Of a DNA stretch of 64,000 nucleotides, positions 36,674 through 45,999 are shown in pieces. Location of the stretch: the IMG/VR virus record IMGVR_UViG_3300032144_000007, positions 764-64,763 of that record; one strand, written 5' to 3'. The notes under the pieces are model-generated. The model was given only the letters and a program-made list of their open reading frames with translations, was not told the origin of the DNA and did no database searches. The number at the start of each line of letters is the position of its first letter. Position 1 is the stretch's first letter. The DNA is from a virus. A program made the translations under genes and the position numbers.

Positions 36674-36942
36674 TCGGCCCTCCTGTCCTTCGCGGCCAGT
36701 GCCGCCGCTTTCAAGATTGCCGTCGCGCAGAGCGGGCACAGATCGGTGAAGTCCAGCCGCTCCTTGTTGCCGTAAGCGTCGGCGTCGCGGGTGCCCTCGA
36801 TCCGGCACGAGCCCCAATCCTTCGGCTTGGAATACTTGACGCTCGCCATGCCGCCGCCGCTGTAATCCTTGTGGCCCGTCTTCTCGACGGTGGCACCGCA
36901 GTTGTCGCAGCTGATCTTCGGGATGATCTCGACGTCAGCCAA
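36670..36942 (-). CDS. Zn-finger protein
   Basis: CDNC ... C..C pairs. Confidence 0.65.
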   Translation of the reverse strand: MADVEIIPKISCDNCGATVEKTGHKDYSGGGMASVKYSKPKDWGSCRIEGTRDADAYGNKERLDFTDLCPLCATAILKAAALAAKDRRAE

Positions 36943-37261
36943 TTTTCAGTTCCCCCTTCACATTTAGGGTGACGTCGTGAACTTTGTGGTCCGTATCCTC
37001 ATCGACCATCGCTTCCCGCAGCGCGTAGTTGATCATGTTCAGGTTCATGCCGTGATTGCACGACAGCGCTACACTCATCGGCGACGCTCGACCGTCTGGC
37101 CCGCGCCCGACAATGACTGTGATGAGCAATGTCGTGACGGCCATATCGACGCCGTCCGATAGGTTGTTCAATTCGAACTCGCCCTTCGCCCAAACTTCCG
37201 GCGCATGAATTTCGAGCCGACTGGCAAGTTCTTCGACCTTCTCTTCTATCGTCGCCATCAC
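36935..37261 (-). CDS. Hypothetical protein
   Basis: 108 aa, GGAGG SD. Confidence 0.6.
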   Translation of the reverse strand: MMATIEEKVEELASRLEIHAPEVWAKGEFELNNLSDGVDMAVTTLLITVIVGRGPDGRASPMSVALSCNHGMNLNMINYALREAMVDEDTDHKVHDVTLNVKGELKIG

Positions 37262-37387
37262 CGTTCCTCCTTCTTCCGTGTTTCGAAAACATAGACGGCT
37301 TCAGCATGCCAAGGCGGTTGCCGGTCGTCATAAATCCAGCCGCCGTGCGGCCCGCGCCAGCGCCAGCCGACGTGCTTGAAGATCACG

Positions 37388-37750
37388 TCAGTAGGTGGAA
37401 TACGAGCGTCGGTTTCGGACGTAGATTTCGACAAACCGGATCGGTGTTTTGATGTGGCCGACAGTGATGGCTCCAGAGATTCCACGTTTCAATTCCCTCG
37501 CAATATGTTCGCTGACAAACCCGGCGTGCGACAGGCCGGATGGTTCTCGGTCGTTCCACGCTTCCGCCGCCGCCGTCTCGCTTTCGCACCAGCCGATGGG
37601 ATAGTTGTTGCGGCCATGGGCGTGACAGTCGTTGCAGAACACGTGCATCGCATAGGAGTGCGACGGATCGTCTTCGGCATAATCCTTGCGGATCGACAGG
37701 TCGGTGCCTTGACAGAACGGGCAGGGGAGAAGGACAGGGGCTTCAGACAT
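37388..37750 (-). CDS. Lar-like restriction alleviation protein
   Basis: LLPCPFC...V.C..C...AA.AWN.R. Confidence 0.75.
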   Translation of the reverse strand: MSEAPVLLPCPFCQGTDLSIRKDYAEDDPSHSYAMHVFCNDCHAHGRNNYPIGWCESETAAAEAWNDREPSGLSHAGFVSEHIARELKRGISGAITVGHIKTPIRFVEIYVRNRRSYSTY

Positions 37751-38168
37751 TGACCTCGTCCGGCTTGGTGGCCGCGATCTTCGCCGCGACGTTCCAGCAC
37801 GCTTGGCAGATGTCGTTCATCGATGAGCGCCTGCGTTCGTGGTAGTCCGCCCGGTAGCTCTGCTGCTGCGTCTCTGTCATCAGCGACCGGTTCTTCTCGT
37901 ACAGGCCGCGCTGTTCGATGGTGCCGATGAGGAAGCTGTCATAGGCGGCGGCATAGCTGGCGATCCCTTCAGGCGTCTTCCAGATCGCCTCATAGGCCCG
38001 CTTCAGTTCGTCGGCTTCCATCGATGGCACCGGCATGCCGTTCCCGGCGTCGTTGACGAAATACATCGCTTCCAGCATCCGGTCGGCGATGATCACCGCC
38101 TCGACTTCGGTCGCGCGGAAGGTGATAGGGTCTGACGGATTGACCAGTTCCCAAAGCTTCTTTTCCAT
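37743..38168 (-). CDS. Hypothetical protein
   Basis: 141 aa, GGAGG SD. Confidence 0.7.
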   Translation of the reverse strand: MEKKLWELVNPSDPITFRATEVEAVIIADRMLEAMYFVNDAGNGMPVPSMEADELKRAYEAIWKTPEGIASYAAAYDSFLIGTIEQRGLYEKNRSLMTETQQQSYRADYHERRRSSMNDICQACWNVAAKIAATKPDEVNV

Positions 38169-38183
38169 TGCACTTCCTCCTGC

Positions 38184-38546
38184 TCAATAGAGCGCCAGTC
38201 GCGGATCAAGTCCGAGACGCAACGCGGTTCGGGGCGGGCAGATGCCGCCCTCTTTTTCAGCTTGCAACTGCCATTGGCATTCATGGGCGCGCGGGCAGTC
38301 ATAGTCGCGCGGCTCGCGGGCGTCGGTGCGCTTCGGCTGGTTTGGCCCGGCGACCGGAACCGGCTGGCCGTGCGCGGCGCTACCGATCTGGTCATGGGCC
38401 ATGTTCGCGCCGTCGCAGCAGCCTCGGCGATTGTCGTACCAGGCGCACGCTTTCGAGCGGCGCGGACAGGGATGGTTCTTCTGGCCGGTCCAAGGCGAGC
38501 CGTCAGGGGCGATCAAAGGGCACATGGTGGCTGGACACATCGTCAT
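38184..38546 (-). CDS. Cys-rich hypothetical protein
   Basis: About ten Cys; start uncertain. Confidence 0.55.
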   Translation of the reverse strand: MTMCPATMCPLIAPDGSPWTGQKNHPCPRRSKACAWYDNRRGCCDGANMAHDQIGSAAHGQPVPVAGPNQPKRTDAREPRDYDCPRAHECQWQLQAEKEGGICPPRTALRLGLDPRLALY

Positions 38547-38972
38547 CACAACTTGCCTTTCAGGTACGCATTCATCCGATAATATTATTCGAAGGCGATC
38601 GATGTACATCCGCACTCGAAAGACAGGCAAAACTGTCGCAAGGATTATGAATGAAAGGTTATCAGCAGCATTCACCAAGTGATCGTAACGGCACCACCAA
38701 AAGTGTGAATTGACAGCGCTTGGCGTTGCGATAATCACCGTGGGTTATGCACGCAAGCCCTTGCATGCATAACCCTCACCACAATCATGTACTGAGAACT
38801 GCTATGAAAATCCTTATGACTGCCGTGTCAATCGTTTTGGCCGGTTTTGTGGCACTTGCTGAGAAGAAGGAACTTTGCAACGCCATCGATCCTACCGTCT
38901 GCGTTGTTCTTGACGCGATCCACACCGGCCTCAACACCTGATGATGGAGGGGCGGTCTCACGACCGCCCTTT

Positions 38973-39176
38973 TCATTCCGGCCCTTTCCCACGGTGCCTT
39001 TTCTCCCATTCCTCCAGTTCTGAAACCTTGAAATACCAGCGCCGTCCGACGACCAGCGGCTGAGGAAATTCCAGTTCCGGGTTACGCACCCATCGTTGCA
39101 GCGTCACCGTGTTGATGTTGTCGTAACGCTTGCAGACCTTGGCGCTCGTCAGGTAGACGTCCTGCTCTTCTGTCAT
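38973..39176 (-). CDS. xis: Excisionase / AlpA-like winged helix
   Basis: YLT...V..RY....TL.RW......FPQP.VVGRRWYF...ELE.W. Confidence 0.75.
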   Translation of the reverse strand: MTEEQDVYLTSAKVCKRYDNINTVTLQRWVRNPELEFPQPLVVGRRWYFKVSELEEWEKRHRGKGPE

Positions 39177-39220
39177 CTTTTCTCACCATGTTTGACGCCT
39201 TGCCTTTCGTGGTTGATCGT

Positions 39221-39496
39221 TCACGCGTGATGTATCTGGTCATCCTCCAAACCGGCCATCGGGTGCGGCCCGCCAAACAGTTCTTCCTCGAAAGTCGGGA
39301 TCATGCTTTCGGTCGCTATACGCAGCGACTTGAAAACGTGCTTGCGGATTTGCGGCGCGTGGCCCGCGAGATAAAGCGCCATCAGCTGGCAGAGCGCCGC
39401 ACCCTGGATGGACGGATCGCGGCCCTCCAGCGCCTGACGGCACTGCTCGACGATCTCTTCCATTTCGTTAAATTCTTCGGCTGTGACGTTGCTCAT
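39221..39496 (-). CDS. Hypothetical protein
   Basis: Start MSNVT; operon packing. Confidence 0.6.
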   Translation of the reverse strand: MSNVTAEEFNEMEEIVEQCRQALEGRDPSIQGAALCQLMALYLAGHAPQIRKHVFKSLRIATESMIPTFEEELFGGPHPMAGLEDDQIHHA

Positions 39497-39840
39497 ATCC
39501 AGACCTTTTTTTCGAACAGGACCATCGGACCGACGATCCACGGCATGGTGCGCGGCTCGTATTCCTTTGGTGCGTGGACCCGGACATTGTTGTGATAGAT
39601 CGCGGTCGCCGCCCGGTTGACTGGCAGACCGATGATGTGACCTTCCTCGTGCACGAACGCATCGAGATATTCCGCCTTGGTGTCCGTCCAGAACGGCCAG
39701 AACACGTTCACATGCTCCAGCAGTCTCGTGGTGACCGGATCGACGATGCGGTGGATGTGGTTGATGTTGCCGGGCTCGCACTCGACGACCCGGACCTCGT
39801 CCATTCCGTTCGGCCAGTAGATGCGGACATGCATCCTCAT
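39493..39840 (-). CDS. Hypothetical protein
   Basis: EEG..GLPVN..AT..Y..IVG motif. Confidence 0.6.
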   Translation of the reverse strand: MRMHVRIYWPNGMDEVRVVECEPGNINHIHRIVDPVTTRLLEHVNVFWPFWTDTKAEYLDAFVHEEGHIIGLPVNRAATAIYHNNVRVHAPKEYEPRTMPWIVGPMVLFEKKVWI

Positions 39841-40040
39841 GGCTGCTGCACCATGAAATCGTGCGCCCAATTCTGATGATACTCGCCGCACTGGCAGACC
39901 CATCCGCCAGTCGTCGCGATCAGTTCCCGGTGCCCGGCGCACTCCGGCTTGCCGCCCGGACAGGTGAACGGATGAAACTGGCCGTTCTTCTGCCAAGCAT
40001 TGAGCCGGGCGACATCATCTTCGGTGAATGGAGCCTTCAT
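39837..40040 (-). CDS. Small Cys/His protein
   Basis: HPFTC..C..GWVC.C.Y.Q.WAH. Confidence 0.6.
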   Translation of the reverse strand: MKAPFTEDDVARLNAWQKNGQFHPFTCPGGKPECAGHRELIATTGGWVCQCGEYHQNWAHDFMVQQP

Positions 40041-40049
40041 GACACATCC

Positions 40050-40325
40050 TCATCCAAGCGTGATGGTCGATGGGTGCACGCCCATCTCGTTCGCCAGTGC
40101 GGCGCGTTGCAGTTCGGCTTCTTCAGCCGCCGACTGCGTCACCGCGTCGATGTATTCTTCCTTGGTGAAAACGCCCTTGGCGATGAGAAGATCGACAAGC
40201 CCCTTCTGATCGGCCTTGCTCATATCTATGCCGACGCGAAGGTGTTTTGGCTCCAGTGCCTTCTTGTTCGGATTGTAGCCAATCGCCGCCTGCACCTTCT
40301 TGGCGGATTGCTGATAACTGTCCAT
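40050..40325 (-). CDS. Hypothetical protein
   Basis: KHLRVGI..L.DLLI.KG motif; GGA SD. Confidence 0.6.
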   Translation of the reverse strand: MDSYQQSAKKVQAAIGYNPNKKALEPKHLRVGIDMSKADQKGLVDLLIAKGVFTKEEYIDAVTQSAAEEAELQRAALANEMGVHPSTITLG

Positions 40326-40335
40326 CGTCGCATCC

Positions 40336-40593
40336 TCACTTGCTATAGACCGACGCCTCGACCCTACTCATCGCGTCGGCGAAATCCGGTTCGAACCATT
40401 CGGAGATCGGCTCCTTGCCGACGCCCTCTATCAATTGGTGACCGCACTGTTTGCATTCCCATAGGTCACCGGCCCAGACCTTGTATGCGCGCCAGCCGAG
40501 TTTCGGTCCGACAGTCGGGACCATTTCGCAGAAGACGAAACCGTTCTTCTTCGGATGGTAAAATGCCCGGCAATTGACGCATATCGGTCTCAT
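40336..40593 (-). CDS. Zn-ribbon protein
   Basis: CVNC ... WECKQCG. Confidence 0.6.
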   Translation of the reverse strand: MRPICVNCRAFYHPKKNGFVFCEMVPTVGPKLGWRAYKVWAGDLWECKQCGHQLIEGVGKEPISEWFEPDFADAMSRVEASVYSK

Positions 40594-40692
40594 CGCTCTT
40601 CCCTTGCCACCTGCCAAATCGCTACCAAGGCGATCCAGATGACGATCCCGATCACCACGAAGGCGATCTCATCCAGCCCCATCGTTCCCCCA

Positions 40693-41250
40693 TCATTCCT
40701 TGCCGTGCATCATCCGATCTTTGTAGCGCACCAGTTCTTCGGCGATTTCGTCGAACGCCGTCCCGAAGATAACGGTGTCGCTGTCAGGATCGTCGTTCGC
40801 CGTGATCAGAATGGTCATCGCGGATGCCGCGCCATAGTAGAACAGGCGGCGGAACTCACGCTGGACGTCAGGCGGCGCTTTCGTTGTCAGCTTGCCGCCG
40901 TAGACCTCTTTCTCCATGCGGTGGAAAGCTTCGTCGAGCGGGCCGAGCGACGTTCGCTCCGGCTCCGGTGGTGCCTTCGCTTTCGCTTCGCGCTTCTCCT
41001 TCAGGTCGAGCCACGCCTTGCGAATGAACGCCATCTTCTCGTCGCTGGCGATGTAGTCGTATTCCTTGCTGTTCGGCTTGCGTAGACCGCCGTCAACGAA
41101 CGACGCGAACACCGCCCATTCACCGCAACGGAAGCACATGGAGATGTCGCCATCGTTCGGTTTCTTTCCATTGTCGGTGACGCACGACGCCGCTTCCGCC
41201 TTGTATCCGCAGAACGGGCAGCACGTGTTGCTGTCAATGGCGTTTAGCAT
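40693..41250 (-). CDS. Zn-finger-containing hypothetical protein
   Basis: CPFC ... CFRC plus C-terminal EFRRLFYYGA domain. Confidence 0.6.
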   Translation of the reverse strand: MLNAIDSNTCCPFCGYKAEAASCVTDNGKKPNDGDISMCFRCGEWAVFASFVDGGLRKPNSKEYDYIASDEKMAFIRKAWLDLKEKREAKAKAPPEPERTSLGPLDEAFHRMEKEVYGGKLTTKAPPDVQREFRRLFYYGAASAMTILITANDDPDSDTVIFGTAFDEIAEELVRYKDRMMHGKE

Positions 41251-41506
41251 CTTCGCCTCCTTCGAAACGGGCGATCTGCTCCTTGAGCAGGCGCACAACG
41301 TCGTCGCGCTGGACGTTGGAAATGTAATTGGCGCGGCCCAATTCATCGCCGATGGGAAAGACCATGAGGATGAACCCGTTCTCGGCATCCTTGCGGAAAG
41401 CTTTGCCGTTCAGGACTTTATCGACGCCTTCAGCAAGTCCCTGCATCAGTCTGGTGTAGCGCTCTTCAATCGGCGTATCTCCGAGTCGCTTCTGGTCGTC
41501 GCTCAT
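41234..41506 (-). CDS. Hypothetical phage protein
   Basis: GF.L.VF..G..NYISN..R.DV motif. Confidence 0.65.
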   Translation of the reverse strand: MSDDQKRLGDTPIEERYTRLMQGLAEGVDKVLNGKAFRKDAENGFILMVFPIGDELGRANYISNVQRDDVVRLLKEQIARFEGGEDAKRH

Positions 41507-41811
41507 GATTTCGTTCCCCCTACGGTGATGGTGGCGCTCGACGCTTCTTCCGGCATTTCGCCATTCAGATGTTGCGCGGTGATCCGCAGCAGCTTGGCGA
41601 CCTCGTTGATCGGCTGCGTCCGGTTGAAGGTGCAGGTGCTGGCGATGACCCTTGCGCCATCCGCATCGACCTCGATCCCGGCGACGATGACGATGGGCAC
41701 ATAGAACAGGGTGTCGGTATTGGCCTCATGGCAAACCTCGCTCAAATCCTCCAGCGCAGCGCCAGCCAGCAGACCGACCTTCTTCGTGGCGATCTTTGTC
41801 GACTCCGACAT
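41503..41811 (-). CDS. Hypothetical protein
   Basis: Start MSEST, AAGGAG SD. Confidence 0.55.
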   Translation of the reverse strand: MSESTKIATKKVGLLAGAALEDLSEVCHEANTDTLFYVPIVIVAGIEVDADGARVIASTCTFNRTQPINEVAKLLRITAQHLNGEMPEEASSATITVGGTKS

Positions 41812-42461
41812 CACGCGGGCTCCTTCATGAAACGATCGAGGATGTTGGTGCGGAAGCGCTCGACGGTGGACAGCAGTTCTTCCACAGCTTCCCGACCTTC
41901 TTCCTCTGCCAGTTTGGTGAGGGCTGGCATGCCGGTGCGGATGCTTTCGATCACCTCGGCGCGCGTTGCCCGGCGACCTTCGCGCCAGAAGGTGACGGCC
42001 TCTGGATCGCCAACCTGCATCAGGATTCCGTGCGCCCGGAACACCGTGTAACTCTTCGTCGCCCATAGAGCGGTGACGCCTGGATTGCGTTCGATCATGA
42101 TGCCGCCCGGATTGACGTGGTCGATGTCCGACACGTCGGAGCGCTTCGCCAGCGGCTTTGTCAGGAACGGGCAGGCGCGGGCCGCGAACTCGGCGCACTC
42201 GCGATGGCACGGCGGCTCGCTGGTCGTGCGCGTCACGGTGCACATCGGGCCAAGAACGAACGTCTTCAGCTTGCCGAGATGACCGCCGCAAACCCAACAG
42301 CGATGCTCCTTCAGGCATTTGGTGAACTTCGCCGGATCGGCCACGCGGAAGTCCGGCTTGCCTTCGATCTCCATGGCGAAGTAGGGCACCGGATAGCCCT
42401 TCTCGTTGCGCGGCAAGTGCTTGATCGAATCTGGCAGGTAGTCGAAGTGCCTATTCAGCAT
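41811..42461 (-). CDS. Conserved Cys-containing phage protein
   Basis: G.PVPYF, C..CG..L, F..GPMC, EPP.H.ECA.FA..CPFL. Confidence 0.7.
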   Translation of the reverse strand: MLNRHFDYLPDSIKHLPRNEKGYPVPYFAMEIEGKPDFRVADPAKFTKCLKEHRCWVCGGHLGKLKTFVLGPMCTVTRTTSEPPCHRECAEFAARACPFLTKPLAKRSDVSDIDHVNPGGIMIERNPGVTALWATKSYTVFRAHGILMQVGDPEAVTFWREGRRATRAEVIESIRTGMPALTKLAEEEGREAVEELLSTVERFRTNILDRFMKEPA

Positions 42462-42672
42462 CGGCTTGCTCCTTGTATTTCCGTCCGCAGAACGGGCAGT
42501 AGGTGAGAAACATGCCGGTTGCCTTCTCCTTGCCGCGCCCGGTTTCGATCTGCTCTGTCCTAAGCAACAGCCTGTCGCCGACGTCGTCAGCGCCGAGCGT
42601 GAAAGCCTGATAGAGCCGCGTGTTGCGCGTCTTCAGCATCGCGTTGATTTTCTCGACGCATTCGCATGTCAT
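42451..42672 (-). CDS. Zn-binding protein
   Basis: C.C ... YCPFCG. Confidence 0.65.
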   Translation of the reverse strand: MTCECVEKINAMLKTRNTRLYQAFTLGADDVGDRLLLRTEQIETGRGKEKATGMFLTYCPFCGRKYKEQADAE

Positions 42673-43019
42673 TGGATTTCGCTTTCCGGGATCGACGTGC
42701 CGTCAGCCATGATGACGTTGCGCCGCAGCACCTTGTCATCGACCTTGTCGAGCGCGCTGTTAAGCACGGACTTGAAGCCCTCGGCATCCATGCCGCCCGG
42801 CCCGGCGATGGCAACCCCGGCGAGGCCTGTATCGCCACTATCGTCATCATAGCGGTGGCCGATTCCAATGATGAGAACGGGTATGCAGAAGGTGTTGCCG
42901 TCCGGGAAGGCGTCCGCGAACTTCGCGATCCATTCCTGTTCCAGCGCCTTGAACGTGCCGCCCATGTTGGACCTGATCAGTTTCTCGACGCGCTCGTGGG
43001 GGAAATCATCGTCGCTCAT
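42669..43019 (-). CDS. Hypothetical protein
   Basis: Start MSDDDF, coupled to upstream gene. Confidence 0.55.
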   Translation of the reverse strand: MSDDDFPHERVEKLIRSNMGGTFKALEQEWIAKFADAFPDGNTFCIPVLIIGIGHRYDDDSGDTGLAGVAIAGPGGMDAEGFKSVLNSALDKVDDKVLRRNVIMADGTSIPESEIQ

Positions 43020-43183
43020 TTCGCTGGTCCTGCCTTGTTGACGAACGATGCCAGCCCGACCAAGCCAAGCAGCACCAGATCGAAGATGAAGTCGAAGACG
43101 GGCGGCACGATCAATTGCAGCATCACGACCGCGCCCGCGACCGTCAGCAGAACTTCGGTGGTTTTCTTCTTGAGCCAATCCAT
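43016..43183 (-). CDS. 2-TM small membrane protein downstream of TerB
   Basis: MDWLKKK plus two hydrophobic helices; AAGG SD. Confidence 0.6.
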   Translation of the reverse strand: MDWLKKKTTEVLLTVAGAVVMLQLIVPPVFDFIFDLVLLGLVGLASFVNKAGPAK

Positions 43184-43291
43184 TGCCTTGTTCCTTGAAA
43201 GAGAGGGGCGTGGAGCCGGAGCAGACTGCCGGTGCCCGGCTCCACTACGGCGGCGACGAAAGTTCCGAGTCAACGTCGCCACCGATCTGGA

Positions 43292-43741
43292 TCAACCAGC
43301 GGCCAGCTTGTCATAGCTGACGTTGCAGATGTCGGCGATTGAACGCATCACCGTTTCTTCCTGTGGCCCGATGCCGCCCTCGTCGGCGACGTCGAGGCAG
43401 GCGAGCAGGATCGCTTTGCCCATCTCGCCCGTCTTGTCGCGGGCGATCACTTGCGCAATCTCGGCCTTCAGTTCGCTCTTGCCGGACCGTGTCGCGGTCT
43501 TCGGCGTCATGCGGCTGAAGGTGCTTTCGATCTGCTGTAGGGTGAAGGCCGACGAGATCGCGGTGTTCGACCGGATCACCGTCAGCGTCTTTTCGAACTC
43601 GGCATCGTCGATGCCGCCTTCCGCCGCCGCCGTCAGCGCGCACGCCGCCGCCATGCCTTCAAGATAGTCGGTGTTGCCAGCGAACTTGTTGATCGCTTCC
43701 TTGGCATTGCCTTTGAACATATTTCCGAGCAAACCCATCAT
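43292..43741 (-). CDS. terB: TerB-family (tellurite resistance / P1 TciA-like) protein
   Basis: LE.M.AAC.L.A.A.G.ID..E, L..C.DVAD..GI...E..I. Confidence 0.8.
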   Translation of the reverse strand: MMGLLGNMFKGNAKEAINKFAGNTDYLEGMAAACALTAAAEGGIDDAEFEKTLTVIRSNTAISSAFTLQQIESTFSRMTPKTATRSGKSELKAEIAQVIARDKTGEMGKAILLACLDVADEGGIGPQEETVMRSIADICNVSYDKLAAG

Positions 43742-43766
43742 CTTCTCCTGTGGTGGTTTTCGTTTT

Positions 43767-44036
43767 TCAGAGCGCCTGGCCGGTGTCGATCAGGTGGCGC
43801 AGCCGTTCAAATGACTTGCCCGTCTGCAACTGGACCGCCAGCACGGACGGAAGCGCCTGCTCAAAGCCATCGACGGCGTAGGAATACATCCCGACCTCGA
43901 TGTGCGCGTTTGGACCATGCTTCTCCTTCAGGAAGCGCGCGAAGGCGCAGTCCCGGCAATGGTCATAGTCGTACTGGCCCGTCTGATCGTTGAGCCAGTA
44001 GCGGAACTCTTCAGTGATCGTCCGCATTTGCAGCAT
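43767..44036 (-). CDS. Hypothetical protein
   Basis: YDY..C..CA.A.FL motif. Confidence 0.6.
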   Translation of the reverse strand: MLQMRTITEEFRYWLNDQTGQYDYDHCRDCAFARFLKEKHGPNAHIEVGMYSYAVDGFEQALPSVLAVQLQTGKSFERLRHLIDTGQAL

Positions 44037-44226
44037 CAGGATTCTCCTTCCGTTGGTATTTGCGTTTGATGCCCACGAAGTAGTCGTTGAGCGCTTCCAG
44101 AACGGGCGGTTCAATGGCGATGGAATGCAGCTGGTCGTCACGCTCTGTTTCCAACCAGATGTTCCAGCCGTCGAAGGACACATAGACGCCATCGCCGATG
44201 TAAGCCCTGTCAGTTCTTTCCTGCAT
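44011..44226 (-). CDS. Hypothetical phage protein
   Basis: YIGDGVY..FDG..IWL..I.IEP motif. Confidence 0.65.
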   Translation of the reverse strand: MQERTDRAYIGDGVYVSFDGWNIWLETERDDQLHSIAIEPPVLEALNDYFVGIKRKYQRKENPDAANADDH

Positions 44227-44389
44227 TCGCCTTGCCCTTCCGGTTATCGACGCGCGCCTCGATCGCGACCATCGGCATCTGGCACCGGGCGCAATAGGGC
44301 GTGTCGTCGAGCATCGCCGCTTCCTCCAGCGACAGGTCGCGCCTGCCCTTGCAGGCGACGCACTCGATGGTGATGCCGCTCTTGGTCAT
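44210..44389 (-). CDS. Zn-ribbon protein
   Basis: CVAC ... CARC. Confidence 0.55.
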   Translation of the reverse strand: MTKSGITIECVACKGRRDLSLEEAAMLDDTPYCARCQMPMVAIEARVDNRKGKANAGKN

Positions 44390-45462
44390 TTGCGCACCTC
44401 CTTCAGCCGCTTTTCGGCCAGCGCCCATGCGTTGCGGCGACCGGCGTCGTCCTTCTCGAAATGCTTGTCGAGACCAAGGTTTTCCCAAATCTGATGCACG
44501 GTGGCTTCATCCTTGGCTTCGGCAAGCTGGCGCTTCAGGCGCTCAATTGGGTCGGCTGACGTGTTTGTTGAGGACGGAACGTCAGCCCCTTCCGTGCCCT
44601 TCCCTGTTGCGGGGGAAGGCGGTGTGGCACGGTCGGCACCAGTAGCGGCGAAGGTGTCGAGCGACGCCGTGCTGGAGGATGGGGAATTGGGATCGGCACC
44701 AAGCGACGGGAAGGCGTCGTCGAGACTGGTCATGCCATCTTCGACAGCCTTCATCGTCGCAACGATGCGGGCAATATCAGGGGCCAACCATTCGGCGTGG
44801 ACACGGCCCATCACCGCTTCGACCCGCCGAATGTCCAGCTTTTCTGCAATGCGTTCGCCGACGCGCGTGCGCCAGCCGACCAAGTTGCGGCCAATCTTGT
44901 CGACAAGGGCGTTCTTGGCTTCCTCGAAAGCGAAGTCGGCATAGGTCTGGAGCGCGTTGACGACCACGTTGCGGATCGCCTTCGATGCGCCGATCTGGAA
45001 TGCGATGTCCAGCCTGCGATCCTCGTCACCGCCCATGCGTGATGCGTTCTTGCGCTGCTGGAATGGCCGAACCAACGAGTATCCGCTTTCGAGATCGACG
45101 AAGCGGGCGTGGAACAGCCAGTGATCGCCCAAATCCTGCGCCCGGCAATCGACTTCGCAGTTGCCGTACATGCGCGACAGGTCGTTCGCCAGCTTGATCG
45201 ATGGCCCTTCGATCCAGTCGGTGGTGCCCTTGGCTTTGTTCTTCACCGGGAATCTGTAATACCAATTTTCGCCAGCAGCAGCGGCCAGCACCTTCAGTTT
45301 GTGCAGCACTTCGGAATCGTCGCGCTTCACCGCAACCGCCTGTGCGCCGTGCACCTGGTCCGTCATCGACATCGCCGCCGACATCGGCTGGACCGCCACT
45401 TCCTGCTTCACGCTGGCTGCAAAATCGTCGAGCGCCGAGCGCCGGTCTTCACGCGTTTCCAT
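44386..45462 (-). CDS. Putative single-strand annealing / recombination protein
   Basis: Y..P......IEGPSIKLA..YGN motif; lies in the YqaJ operon; acidic low-complexity C-terminus. Confidence 0.55.
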   Translation of the reverse strand: METREDRRSALDDFAASVKQEVAVQPMSAAMSMTDQVHGAQAVAVKRDDSEVLHKLKVLAAAAGENWYYRFPVKNKAKGTTDWIEGPSIKLANDLSRMYGNCEVDCRAQDLGDHWLFHARFVDLESGYSLVRPFQQRKNASRMGGDEDRRLDIAFQIGASKAIRNVVVNALQTYADFAFEEAKNALVDKIGRNLVGWRTRVGERIAEKLDIRRVEAVMGRVHAEWLAPDIARIVATMKAVEDGMTSLDDAFPSLGADPNSPSSSTASLDTFAATGADRATPPSPATGKGTEGADVPSSTNTSADPIERLKRQLAEAKDEATVHQIWENLGLDKHFEKDDAGRRNAWALAEKRLKEVRK

Positions 45463-45473
45463 GTCTCAATCCT

Positions 45474-45998
45474 TCAGATTGTTCTCTGTGGCGCTTCGAA
45501 CAAGTTCCACATAAATCCAGCATACTTGCCTTCACCGGGATCGACATCGACCCGGACGCCGCGCCGGTTTTGCGGCTCACGAACCGTCACCAGATAGCGG
45601 GTGATCAGATGGTCGCCGCCGCGTATCTGCGTTGTCACCATCATCACGTCGTCGCGCTCGTTTGCAGGGCGATCACCCGGACGCACGTGGTTTTCCGGGA
45701 ACTGGCCGTCCGGGCCTGCTTTTTCGGTCGCGACCCATGCCTCGACGAGGTGCGAATAGGCGCGGGCGTTGGATACCTCCAGCAGCTTTCGAACGAACTT
45801 GGTCGAAACCATCTTCTCGAAATCGTTGCTCCAGAGCGTCTTCACCCAAATCAGATGCGAACCGTCGTCGATCACAAACAGGAACGGCACATTGCCGCGA
45901 AGGTCGAACTCCTTCTCGGCGAAGGCGACCAGCTTTTCGTGCAGTTCATGCGGCGTGATGCCGTGGTGATTTTCCGTCTGCCAAAGTTCCGGCAACAT
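45474..45998 (-). CDS. Hypothetical protein
   Basis: Y.HL.EAW motif; AGGA SD. Confidence 0.6.
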   Translation of the reverse strand: MLPELWQTENHHGITPHELHEKLVAFAEKEFDLRGNVPFLFVIDDGSHLIWVKTLWSNDFEKMVSTKFVRKLLEVSNARAYSHLVEAWVATEKAGPDGQFPENHVRPGDRPANERDDVMMVTTQIRGGDHLITRYLVTVREPQNRRGVRVDVDPGEGKYAGFMWNLFEAPQRTI

Positions 45999-45999
45999 C

